Assembly (NCBI GenBank): GCA_001687465.1
Contig: LVLI01000118.1
Location: 62,001 to 126,000 of the forward strand
Direction: 5' to 3'
Source: Halocafeteria seosinensis
Lineage: Eukaryota
DNA length: 64,000 bases
Every line of letters starts with the position of its first letter. The first letter of the stretch is position 1. The notes below the pieces were generated by a model. It made no database searches. It had not been told where the DNA came from and saw only the letters and a list, made by a program, of their open reading frames with translations. This document shows positions 36,015 through 48,470 of this stretch, piece after piece. Made by a program: the position numbers and the translations under genes.

Positions 36015-37067
36015 TCAAATATCCACAATTACGTATATGTCTACTCTTTCCGATTTCGGGTCATCCCAACCATGAATTTGCATGTTACTATAGGTAATTG
36101 CTTTGATTTCCGCTCCTTGGGAGTGCTTCGATAAATCGAATCGTTCGCCTTTGCTGGAAGCATCGATGGAAACACACTCATAAAAGCACATACCAAAGCG
36201 CTACGCCGCAAATCACTTACCACGCAACGCGAATCTTCCAGTTTGCGCTTCCTGATGCTTCAGGATCCTGCAGCTCGAGCACGTTACAGTCCACAACAAC
36301 TCTGTCAGTCGTGCTAAATATATAAAGCAATTCATCTAGGATATTGTATGTCAATGAAAGTAGATCATGTCCCTCCGTTTCAGCAATAAAGCTAGAGTCT
36401 TCATCTATGCCCACATCGTCAATGTTGGTCATGTAGCCAAACATCGACACTATAAGCTGTGACATTGCTTCTTTTAAGTTACGCCCCCCTGTATGTAGCA
36501 AACAAAAAACTGATTTGTTCCCAAAACGACTGAATGGGACGGAGCTCGTAACAGGACATACATGAATGAAGCTGAACATCGGCCGTATGGTCAAGATCTG
36601 CAACAGCAGGCAAGCCAAGATATAGTGGAACACGTGCCCAACAGCTAATTTAGAGCCATAATTTGCATACATTCATAGCTCCGATTTTCTACTGTAACAT
36701 TACGGTCGAATGCACGGTTTGCTTCGTCTCGTGTGTTCTCCAAATAGGCTTCATCCGAATCCCGGTCAGATTCTACGTCAAGAGATTCCCCTGGAGCTTG
36801 GGAGGGAGTAAATTTTGACTGGAGGTTTGCAAATCGAGGGAAACAAACAAGGCTGAATATGATGGCGATTACATGAAGGCTAAAGCGAGCACGTACGATA
36901 GAGGATTCTTCGCCAGTAGCCGCTGTTGCACGAGCGCTGTCGGCTACATCACTCGTATTGTCGTCACCAGCGGCGGCATCGCCTACACGAGTGCGTTTCT
37001 TGCGCTCTCTCTGAGGAAGAGCGTCGGGCGAACTTGTACTAGTATTTTCTGCTTCCGTCTTATCCAT
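36015..37067 (-). CDS. ZBTB8OS: Archease (RtcB tRNA-ligase cofactor) with N-terminal extension; exons 37067-36897, 36818-36671, 36597-36562, 36488-36221, 36153-36015
   Basis: Splicing rebuilds YEYLDHTADVQLHSWG, SMFGYMT, GHDLLSL, GERFDLSKHSQGAEIKAITYSNMQI and the terminal IYVIVDI*. Total 762 nt in frame. Confidence 0.97.
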
Positions 37068-37490
37068 AAGATTGGAATGTATATGGTAGTTTCTCCAGAG
37101 AAGGATGAGGACGTCGGATTGCGACGACAAACCTAGAAGAGCCCACTTGTTTTCACGGCTATTTCACAGGACTTCAATCTCGATCAGAAATAGCAGAGAC
37201 TGTTGCAATCCAACTTCTGCTAGTCCAATCATCTATGATCTGGAGTATAACCTACCGTACATCGACCTGACGCGGGATTGGAATTCGTGGACGTCTGTGA
37301 AGATTGGCGAATCTCACAAATGTTTGTTTTTCGGCAACACCTGTCGTCTGCGAATGTTCAACTATGGCAAAACTCCAAAGAAGTCAAGTGTAATTGAAAC
37401 CCTATGAAAGCGTAAAGTTTCACTGATAATTTTTGTTGTCAATTCGCAAGTTTTGGATGCTGAGTATAGCAGTCGTGGACTGCTTCCAAG

Positions 37491-39813
37491 ATGAAAAGTA
37501 CGTGAATTCTTCGATAGGGAACGCCTACGCCCTTGGAGGCAACAAAAAAGGGGTGGGTCGCTGCGTAGAGAGAAAACACTGGGGGGAGGGATGTATGGGA
37601 AATACCTGTGTGCTTCAACTTCAATGTTGCAACACGTGCACTTTTATTGTGATAGCACGCTGATTGTACACTCAACCCTGATAATAAGTCCCTCATGTTT
37701 CAACCCTTGGTGCAGACCGAAAGCGTTCGGCTAACCAGACTGAGCCGGATGGCACGGAGGAGGCGAGTGCTCCTACAGGCCATTCGAAGACTGCTGGAAA
37801 ACGCGTCGAGAGAAGGCTACAGAGGAACAGAAAATCTGCGGCACTTCACAGGGAAAGACAAAAAGCGCTTGTTGATGGTCTAGTTGGTCGTGTGACCTCT
37901 TTAACTGTGGAGCGTGATGCTCTCAGGTATGTTTCGAGCTTAACCGAGTTATAGAGCGACACCCCGTTTTCACAGTGTATTCAATTCTTCTGTACAGACA
38001 AGAGCTCGAACGAGTGAGAAAGGAATACAATATTAAAGTACACTTTCCCCCGGAAGCGGAGCAGCCTCCGCTAGTACCTCAAAGCGACCTAGAGAAAGGG
38101 GTTTCGCCGGATGGAGATGGAAGTGCAAGCGCCTTGACCGAGAAAATAGCCGCCTTGAAGCGTGATCTGGCTCGTAAACAACCCCATTTTCAAGTAGACG
38201 GGGTGAAAATTGATCCGTCCAAACACTCCGAAGATGACGAGGGCAAAACCTGTGGCTCAGAAAACGAAGAACCAACGGAGCTTCCCGACTTCAGTTCTTG
38301 CCACAAGAAGCAGCATCATTCCGGAAGTAGCTACTCGGGAAACAACACCAGTGACGCCGAAAGCATGCACTCATCGGACTCAGAGATTACGGGGGAATAT
38401 GCGACTGCCCGTGCCCCTGAGCGCAGTATCCACAATCACGTAGATTTGTCGTCTCACTTGAAGAACGACCACTTTTCTGGAACTGAACAAGATGAAACTC
38501 GTTCGTGGCGCGATTTTGATAAAATGGACGAATCAGGAGACACTCTGGAGGAAATCCCTGAAGGGGAATACCCTGATCACCTGTCCGATGTTGATTTCTA
38601 TTCAAACTCCTTGTTCAACGGAGAGGAGTTGCCGTTCTTGGGCAACGAATTGGATGATAATTGGAACGGCAACCAGTCTTCGTTCTTTGGAGAGTTTGGA
38701 TCTCTGAGTCCACTGGACGTTGTACAAGAAGAGCAAAGCCGCGTAAAACGAGCGAGGATGGATAATACAGAGGATCTTAGGTCACATAGTGGCATGAGTG
38801 GCAGAGCTAGTGGCGTTGGTTTTGCTGGCATCTTCCCTGCTGTGATATTTGGACTTGCATGTCTGGTGTGTCTTGCTTCTTTGCCTACACTTAAGGATCA
38901 TGGTCAAAGCCAGGGAATTCAGAGCTACTCCGTGGGTGAAAGATCCCTCATGAGCAGTGTCACTAATACCACTACAGTCTCTCAGCCACTGTTGGATTTG
39001 CTCCAGATTACGGAAGCAAATAGTAGTAACGGGTTGGAACAACTTAATGCCGCAATTTCCAGACACGGACGCAATTACACTGCATCGGGAAAGAATGGTT
39101 TACGCGGAACGAAAAAGTACAACAATGCGCCTGCTGTGTTCCAGGATGACACGAATTGGAAGAACAAAGCGTTCTTGTCGGGAAGCGTCCATGGACAAGA
39201 CTCTGCAAGAGCTTTGTCGCAGTACCTTGTAGATTTTCTGAACTCCGATGATCCTCAGTTCCCACAGCAAGGAGAGCTTCTCGAGCACTTTGTACCAGAA
39301 CAGCACATAACAGATGATAATGATGTCAGCTTTTCACAGCTCCACACCGATGCAGCACTCTGGTCATACAGCACGGAGCTACTCTCGATACTTGGTGATT
39401 CTGACATCGTAACAAGACGCCAGCGTGAAGCATTAAAGAAGTCTCTTGTGCCATTCCAGTCGAGTGAAGAATTGGTAGCGCAATCGTCGGAGGCTGAAAA
39501 GTGTCCTCGGGACACCAGCAGCAACAAGGGGGTGGTTGGCATACCCTTCAGAAGCGAGCTCGTCCGTCGTATTGGACGATTCGCCGCATCTTCACGCGAG
39601 AGTGAATCAGAAGGATCCTCCTTGGAGGGACCCTTGTTGAGGTTCATGGTTCCTGATAATTCTCAGAATGAAAGCCAAGCGGTGCTTTTCGCCGATCCGG
39701 AATTTAGCGAACATGAGGAACTGAAGGAGGGGAGCGGTTTTCTCGTCCCCTTCGAAGGAAATTGGTACGACTTAACGTGCCGAATTGAGAAAGTATCTCA
39801 CCGAATGTTGTAG
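37491..39813 (+). CDS. Membrane-tethered bZIP transcription factor (ATF6/bZIP28/CREB3-like layout), ~677 aa; exons 37491-37497, 37716-37926, 37998-39813
   Basis: An exon absent from the ORF track encodes RRLQRNRKSAALHRERQK plus zipper LVGRVTSLTVERDALRQEL. One TM FAGIFPAVIFGLACLVCLASL, then RSLM and a luminal-type domain with N-x-S/T sequons. The first micro-exon is less certain. Confidence 0.85.
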
Positions 39814-39817
39814 CTGC

Positions 39818-41158
39818 TCACTCGCGCGCTTCAATCTGCCTATCGATTTCCGGTATCAATTGTTCTAATGTCAGCCGCTCATGTGGTTTAACCCGTAGCA
39901 TGTCGGTAACAAGCCGTTGAAACATCTTACTGTATCTTGTGTCAACCCACGATGGAAATCTCCACTTGCCAATAACCCGCAGATGTGTGGGAGTTACTAT
40001 ACGAGGAGAGTCAGAGTTATTCCATTCTACCTCGAACGGGGAATACCCAAATGCAAGTGCATAAAGCGTGCAACCTAATGACCACAGGTCGCTCTTAAAC
40101 GTCACCGTAGCACCTATTTCGGGTTGAAACAGTTCTGGAGCCCTATATGGCATCGAGCTGCGAAAAATGTATTAAAATACAAAAAAAAATATACTATGTT
40201 TGCGTAGTTATTCGTACCAGTTGTTTTCAGCGTGATCTTGTACCGCAAGTACATCCGAGCGATTTCTTATAGGCTGGTTTCCAGAAGTTGTAGACCCAAA
40301 GTCCTGGAAAAAATAGAGGGAAACACATTTCGATAGATCACCCTAGTGATGATGTAACGACATTGCTCACCAAAAGAATGGGATTCTTGTGATCATCTAA
40401 CAGTATGTTTCCTGGTTTTATGTCTCGATGGGCCCACGGTGGTTCATGAGTATGGAATTGATATATTCCATGAGCAACTCCCTTGATGATCCTCAGGCAA
40501 TCTTGTTCGCTAAAGTATATCTGCTTGTCCCGGCAACTGCGGATTGTGTACCAACATCAATGCAGAGTCTGTTTCTCTAACTGTCTTCAGTTATGGACAC
40601 TAACCTATCTAGATAGTTTTGGCACGTCCCTTTAGGATAGAATGGAAAAATAAATGCCGCCTGCTGCGATTCATCAGTAGAAAGTTTGATAAAGTCTTTG
40701 CGAAGCAGAGGAATCAGATTCGGATGATCGAATTCTGAATAGACACCCATTTCAAAACGACATTGTTCGATTTGTTCAGAGGTTTGACATCTAGCGAGCT
40801 TCATAGCATAGCGGAGCGTGGTTTCCGTATCCTCCACTAAGTAGACGAACGAGAATCCGCCTTCGGCAAGCTTGTGTAAGAGTCGGTATTGGCGTCCATC
40901 GACGACCACACACGGGCTTGCTAACTCCTGGAACCATGTAATTCCGGTGCACTCGTACGCAGCGCTGGCCGCATTCCTAGCGCAACTTTTGAGAGCAACT
41001 ACCGCAGTTTCAATCAAAGAAAACAATGGTGAATCCAAATTACCAGTTTCATCGTCCTCTTCTGACCCTTGGGACTTGGAAAGCAAATTCTGCTCCACAT
41101 CCGCCTCCGAATGCTCTTCCTCTCCCACCGAAGCTGCTTCGTCTTTCCTAGATTTCAT
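39818..41158 (-). CDS. STK16: NAK-family Ser/Thr kinase, STK16-like; exons 41158-40605, 40536-40371, 40303-40218, 40157-39818
   Basis: LAEGGFSFVYLV, YAMK, AHRDIKPGNILL, DFGS, CSMPYRAPELF, DLWSLGCTLYALAFGYSPFE. Confidence 0.93.
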
Positions 41159-42081
41159 CGTCCCTCCACGTCGAGGCGGGATATGTCATGTGTGGAGTCA
41201 AAGCAATGGACAATTTACAAAGAATGTTGTGTATTGTATTATGACGGTGGCGTAGTCGCTTGAAGTTGAAGATCCACTGATTCAATCATTCAATGACACT
41301 CAGACTGTGGTTGACAGCACATATGATAATCAAGCTTGGGTTGTGTGTATTCAACTTCAACTATAGTAAGTACCCGTTAGCCGAGGCTACGCCTCCCTTC
41401 ATACGCCGTATTGGGCATTACCAAATGCAACCACTTGCGCAGCGTTCTGCAGTTGCTCGCCGCACCGAACAGCTTACTAAGCTGAGCTTAGGCGCAATCG
41501 AAGATCCCTGACAAACAAGACCGGATCCGTTACCCTTAGATTAGACGGCCTATCATACAGCTCCATGATAATACCATTTCATAAATTACCCTATGGTACT
41601 TGTAAACCAGTACTAAAAAATACACAGGAGTTGGTTTACTCAAAGCTCATGATACTATGCCAAATGAGCTACAAACACAGTTTCGGGCTCCGGCATTGGG
41701 AGATTCGGAATTCAATGAATCAATTCTCGTGCTCGCAGACGAGCCGTAGGCAAGCAGTCCAATCAAAAAATTGACACAGATTAGCAGGGGGCAGGGGTGG
41801 GCTTCTTGAGCAAAATAGCGCAAGGCCTTCGTACAGAAAACAGTGTATAGGAGTTCACACGCGTCCGATAATACAAATAGGGTCATTACCGCATGATTGT
41901 AGTAGAGACGTTTCCGTGCAATGGGGAGTTGTCTGTATTCGCCTGATTCAATGGTTCATATAGATCAAAGTGTCATTGATAGTACTCCACCTTTTCTTGA
42001 GTTGATAGCCATGGATAGGTTCGTCCAAGATTCGCTGCGGGTTACTCTTCCGGTAAGTAATACCAACAGATGGGCAACCAG

Positions 42082-43969
42082 CTAGTCATAGCGGCCCAGC
42101 AGGCCATCGATGAATGCTCCATTCAGACGATGTTCCCTCTGAAAGTTTGCGTATTCGTGTACGCGCAGCTCAACGTCGCTTACAGACGATCTGATGAAGA
42201 CGTCATAGAGTAAGTAGCCACAGCCGGTGCGTCGAATATCCATGAGAGATATGCGAAAATCACCAGTACAACTCACCCACTTCGGTTTGACCATATCCAG
42301 AGTGACTAGCATTGTCTTGTCGATAATTTCTTGGGAGATCATAATGTTGGATTGCATTAGTTTCTGTCTGTAAACCCATTCCAAGTCGGACCTGCTCAGG
42401 TAACCATCGTCGTCGAAGTCCAAAATCCGGAACCAATACCCGATACTGTGGACACTCATTGCATCTTCATGGGCAAAGAAGAACAAAAGAAATTTTTCAA
42501 AGCCAGCCCCATTCCCCGTTAGCGGAAGAACAGTATCTAATATCCTCGGATGAAGATCAAGATTCTCCACTAGTGTCAGGCTATCCTTGGTGATGATTGA
42601 TTGCTGGCTCCACTCCCCCGCCTTCTCTGAAACAAGAGCATTGCAAAAAGTCCCATAAATTGTCTCGAATCTGACGACGTTAAATGCTGGTAATTGGGAC
42701 AGCCGATTCACGGCGCACTGGTAAAAGATATCCACTACATTGCTTTGAGACAGCTTGTGTAAGGTCGTGAATTTGGTCGACACCCCTTCAAGAGAAGACA
42801 GTATACTCACGAGTACATACTTGATATAGGCTTTTCGCTTCGTAGGCTGTTTTCTAAGGGATGCTAAGTCAGGATGTCTGTCAATCAGGGCCTCGATGAA
42901 TGGCTTTAGATGCCTCCGATCAATTCTTTCCCATTTCCATTCCTCGGCAATTTTGGAACATTGGTATATTTCGTGTCCTTGACTTGTTTCTAGTGACAAG
43001 ATTTCGTCCTTTTGTGGCTCATGAATCAATTTAAGGAACTTTTCTCTTGCATTTGCACTGCAAAAATCGTCTGTGCAAAATCTCAAGAAATCTCTGAGTC
43101 CTATTCGATCATTTTCTGAAGAATTTGGGGGCTCACTATTCTCATCTTCATCCTCTGGGATCCATGGAGCTTCTCTAAATTCTAGCACCTTCTCTTGGCA
43201 CAATTGTTGAATAACGGACTTGTATTGCTTGATTCGTTTGAAAAGCACAACTCCAAAATATGCAGGGAGACGGCAGTATTGCTTGACTAGATCGCGGAAG
43301 CCCTGACACGTGGAGGAAAGCCGCCAGGAGTTCTCCCGAAAGACGGTCAACACAAACTTTGGTATATCAGTAAGATATCTCGGAACGCAAGTTTGTTCTG
43401 ATGGAAGTCCCGCGGCTCTCGGGTAAATTCTAGTTAGTTCGCGCCTGGCAACACAAACGGCCTCAATACAGCTCGTAAGTGTTTCATGCAACATTTTGGT
43501 GGTAGCACTTCTTCGTTTGACTAAGCAATGCAAGTCGGCATTCAAAAATGGGCGATTTCTGGTCGAAGGTATGATGCCAATTCTCATGTGTGTTCGCGCT
43601 TCCGCTCGATCCTGTAAAATACAAAACAGCGGCATATGTTGGAAAACGCACATGGAAAATCATGGCTAACGCCTTCTTTACCTTGCTGATAGAGACCATC
43701 GATTCCAGTACAGCCGATGACTGACAATCCACGACGTCGTACACGAATAGGACTGGCCACAGGTCAACCGGTGATCCGAGGTGTTCCGTTTCTTCTTTGA
43801 GTTCTTCTGAATTCTTGGCAACTTGGAGTATCAGAGGTAATGTTTTTGCAGCCTCCTGGTAAAGCGGTATGAGCTCCGTAGAAGCGAACAGGATCACCTG
43901 AAGTACACTCTCTCCCGAAGATGTCTTCGTCTGCATACGTGAGGAAACAGGCCGGGAATCGGACGGCAT
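42082..43969 (-). CDS. PP2A B''-like (PR72/PPP2R3-family) EF-hand protein, paralog A; exons 43969-43682, 43611-42082
   Basis: CRLPAYF, LKPFIEALIDRHPDL, FEKFLLFFFAHED, SIGYWFRILDFDDDGYLS, DMVKP...ISLMDIRR match B'' motifs in divergent form. Confidence 0.82.
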
Positions 43970-44812
43970 ATCTGCCTATTTCTCTTTAAAGACTAAAGTG
44001 AGGAGCTTCTACGTCAAGGGTTACGAGGATGTAATTCCGAGCTTCAATTAGCCTCATGCCGCGTAATTTGGGCAGCATGCTTCCTATTCACTTGACTTGG
44101 GTCAGTTCCACGGGGTTTCCAGGATACCGGTACAATGACCGCAGAGGCGACTCTCTTTTTCAATAGACCAGAACGAGGCAAATAAGGCACCATGTAAGCT
44201 AAACTAATGAGTTGTTCTCAATAAAGTAGGCTGGTTTCCCAGGTCCCGAGAGCTTCTTTGGGACAAAGACCATAAAGTCAGCCTCCGAGGAGTGGAACAG
44301 GTGTTCTCCACAAGCCCCCTGCAGACCGGATACTCCCGATAGCAGTACAAAGAAGACTTGCCTGTACTCGTGCAATTTGTATGCGCTTGACAATCCCAAA
44401 ATATTCAGCCCCAACAAGCGAGAAAGTGGTTTGGGAGTGTGACGTTATTTTGTTTCCGGCGCGGGGCCGCGGACTTTGCTACTGCCATCTCAGGTATTGG
44501 CTACTACCACACTTAACAGTGGCACTTGCTGCCGTGAATAGCCAGCCCATTTATCAGCAATTGGGGTAGCCACCCGTGTGAAAATGAAAACGACAGCGGC
44601 TACTATTCACTACGGCAGAGATTGTGTTAGCTGCCAGCTGCAGTGCAGTTTCCTGCGGACTTGTCAAAAACGTGCCAGCCGACGGACCTTCAACGTTCGC
44701 TGCGCTGCATGGTACGGATGCCGCAAATACTGTATGTAGTGCAGCCAGCAGGTGGTGGTTGTTACGTCTTTGTAATTGTGTTTATTTCGAAAATCGAATG
44801 GAGTCGCATCCC

Positions 44813-46967
44813 CTATTCGGCTGTCGCTGCTGGAGTCACTGGACAAGCAAGGAATTGACTAGGTGGTCGCGTTGGAATAATTACTTGCCTTTCAAGCGGC
44901 TGCAATGACGAAGAAACAAACAAATCAAATACCACAAACCCCGCTCCACTCTTCCTGATCTCAAAAGGGGATATGCGGAACTCTCGAGAAGATTGGTTGG
45001 TCACAGGATGAATAGCATCCATAAGCTTGCACATCGCGTTATGCCCCAACGTCGACGCTTGTTCAGAGGAAACACCGGCTGCAATGAGCTTCTCTCGATA
45101 AACCACCTCGAGATCCTGACGACTAAGATACCCATCATCATCTATATCCAAGGCTCGGCACCAATATTCCACACTAAGGTCGCGCATGCGGTCTTCTTTC
45201 GCTAGTAAGAACCACATGTAGTCTTCAAAATCTAATCTTCCCTGTTCACTAGTATTCAGAAGCTTAACATTGGAACGAAAAATTCTTTCCAGCACAGTGT
45301 GAGTTATGGGAAGACTCATTGCGGACTGTAGTCCTTCACGGTGTATCGTTGCATTGACTTCCTGCGTCTGTTGGCTACAGCCGGATGCTTGGCTATTAGA
45401 CAAGGCTCTCTGAAACACCTCGTGTGCCTCTTCGAAATATCTTAGGCTAAAGGGTAATACCTGGGACAACTTGCATGTAGCACACTTATAAAAGAGGTTA
45501 GCAACTCCTGACTCCCTTAGGTGCCGAGTGGGAACGCATCCCTGGCAAAAGCCGTTTAAAGAAGCAAACACACTGGTCAACACACATGTAACATATCTGC
45601 TCTTGCGCTCGGCATCCTCCCTAAGTTGTCGAAGATCGGGATGCCTTTCCACCAGTGCTTCTACCAAAGGTTGAAGATCTTCCATATAAACTCGATTCCT
45701 ACTCAAAGATGGCAGTTTTCCTCGAGTTGACGAGGAATCGTCGGTTTCCATTTCCAAAACCGTTTCGCAACTCGGTGGTATGACAGCTCTAAGAAACCTT
45801 GACATGCGCCCGCTGTACCTGACCGCTGGGGTCCAAAACCTTAGAAAGTCCCTCAAACTGATAGCAGAAGGATCCTCGGTGCTTTGCTTCCTGGTATTTG
45901 GAAATCCGGGAACACTGTCTAGACTGGTGGGAGCAAGAGACCCTCGCTCTATTAGTTGCTGTGTTAATGAGCGATACTGTTGGATGCGTCGAAATACCAA
46001 GCTGTCGAAATAGGCAGGGAACTTGCATGCTTGCTTCAAAAGTCGCCGAAAACGTGGATCTTCTGCATGTAGCTTTTCGCTTCCGTCTCCTCCGAATGAT
46101 ACGACAACCTCCTCGGGTATCTCCGCTAGGTATGATGGAGTCACCTCGCTTACTGGTGTACTCGTGGGATCTTCGACATCCTGGGCATTCATATCTACTT
46201 TCTCAATTGAGGGCGACTGAGACATTGAGATCGTGCGAGAGGGCCGAGGAAGCTCTCCACTTCCTGATGGGCTGGTGGCATCCACTTCGCCGACGTTCGG
46301 GGTCTCAATAGGTTGCAATGAGCCCATACCTTGAGACATGTTTTCCCCATGTCTACTATCGGAATGATCGCCACCTGGGTTATTAATCTGGGATTTTAGG
46401 CAATGAAGCACTACACCTCTGATATCATGCTCCGTTCGCCGAACGAGAACTCGCTCGTTAGGATGCCAGTCGTTTCTACCTGTGGACGAAATGACCCACC
46501 GTGACGCTGGAGAAACGTTCTCCTGTCCAACATGTTCAAAAACCATAAAAAATTGAATGCGTCAGAACAGCTGTATTCACCATACTCAATCTTACCTTGA
46601 CCATCTCTATCATCTGTGGAATGGCATATCCGCAACTTGGGTCGTCAATTTCGAACAAAAACACGCAGTTGGGTGGAACAGACTCAAGTAAGCATCGCAG
46701 TTCGTTGACCGATGATGCCCCTACAAGGCATACGGAGAGGTCACGGCAAACATGTGAATAATATTGTAAGAGGTCGCGGGAGGAAATAATGACCGCCGTA
46801 GGGGTATTCTCCTCGTTTATAGTTCTCGGACTTGCTTCTCGATGCGGAAACGATGGTAAACACGTGGCACTGCGGCTGCCGCTGAGGCGCTTCTCCTGTT
46901 TCGAAGCTGTATCTGACGAACCACCAAAGTTCAGCAAACGCTTAGCAGTATCTCTTAGTCTCCCCAT
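44813..46967 (-). CDS. PP2A B''-like (PR72/PPP2R3-family) EF-hand protein, paralog B; exons 46967-46596, 46522-44813
   Basis: CKFPAYF, DLQPLVEALVERHPDL, LDFEDYMWFLLAKED, SVEYWCRALDIDDDGYLS, ISPFEIRKSG. Intron position matches paralog A. Confidence 0.85.
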
Positions 46968-48470
46968 TTCACTCAAGCTTTCAAGCAGAATCCACGATTA
47001 CGCGTACACTACACTGAGTATACACAGTACCTGCGGAGCATCTGCCGGATCGTGTACCGTTGCGCTGCAAAGATCAGTGTAATCCAGATAAACGAAGGAA
47101 GTCATATTAGATTGTCGGAAACAAACATTAACAGTGGCACAGTAGTGAGTCACTGCTATAGTATCTTGCTGCTGACTCGGCCCACAGCAGGAGACGGTCG
47201 CTTCCACTCACAACTCCGGTCCGCCATTTCGCCATCCGTCCATCGGATGTAGAAATAACCCTTGCGTACACTGCTCAATGGACTCAAATGACTCTTCCCA
47301 AACGCAAAGACCAAGAAAGAGAATTTATAGCGAAGTAATTGGAATGTTCAATACCGTCACCGGCGGACGCGTTACCTGAGCCGAGAGGCTCGGCGAGGGT
47401 CCGCAAACTTACCGGTATAAGTTCAAGTTAAGAACAGTAAAATAGAAACCAGCAGTCACAAGGAGCCGACACCGTGGCGCGTAATATACGGATTCACGTG
47501 TGACCCAGGCAATCGTATCAACGGGATCTTCCTCTGGTGTGCACACAGGCCCCAAGCTGCAGAAAGTGTTCCCAGTACGAGGTAGCGGATCTCCGAGAGT
47601 GAGTTTACGCCAGCAGAAGGGTATAGTATAGAGCAGAACCGTTCAGTAGTTTTCCGGCTCACATGCGCAAAGCTGGTCTCTCGACACAGATTATGTAAGC
47701 GTTCTGTAGCGTGTCGGCGTCTGAAGGGGTAGCGTACATTGACAACACATTCTGACGTAACAGGATTCTTCGCTTCTGGACACCTCGCACCCGAGGCTCA
47801 AGGCCCTCGCCGTTATGCGCTGCCGAGTTCACCTGAAGCCTACCTAAGATACCCTCAGCGCAATACTATGCATGAAGTCACTATACTTCAGAGCAGTGGG
47901 ATACGTTTTTACTGTACCTCGGCGGCGACGAAAATCACCTTCATTTTACAAACTGGTTGTACAAGCACGGAGCTTGCAATAACACGTTACGGCCGCCGAA
48001 GCTGAGCGACCGATAGCTACTTCATGCTATCCACTTTTACTTGATTAGTTTTGAGTTTCAACAACAAAAGTCATGAGACGTTGTTTACATCCAAGACTTT
48101 CGTTTTTAGTGCATGACGGGAATTCTTGATCCTCTTAGCGAAGAACTACCAATCTCCCGGGCGCGAAGTGGTGGTAGCTAGCTAGTAACGTACAACGGCG
48201 ACAACAACTTGCTGTAGAACAAGGAGAAAAATGAAGAATAGCTCGAAAGGCAATGTGGAATGCGAGGAAGGACTAGGTACTGTAGATGGGCAATGTGAAA
48301 GAACAACTTGACCTCATCGTGATATTACGATGGTTGAGCCTTAACAACCACCGCCGTTGCAACTACAATCCCGATTATGGATTACCACTTTTCTCTGCCA
48401 AAATTGTAGATCTAAACTATCCATTGTATTGCTTCTTTTCACTGCTACATCCACCCACTCACTTCAAGAG

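Noticed and set aside
5050..37067. Schlafen RNase plus archease as a linked RNA cut-and-repair system
   Set aside because: They are about 30 kb apart with many unrelated genes between, and archease is a universal housekeeping gene. No evidence of linkage.
41200..42080. Possible spliced plus-strand gene between the kinase and the B''-like gene
   Set aside because: The exon joins I tried hit stop codons, and no recognisable motif appeared.
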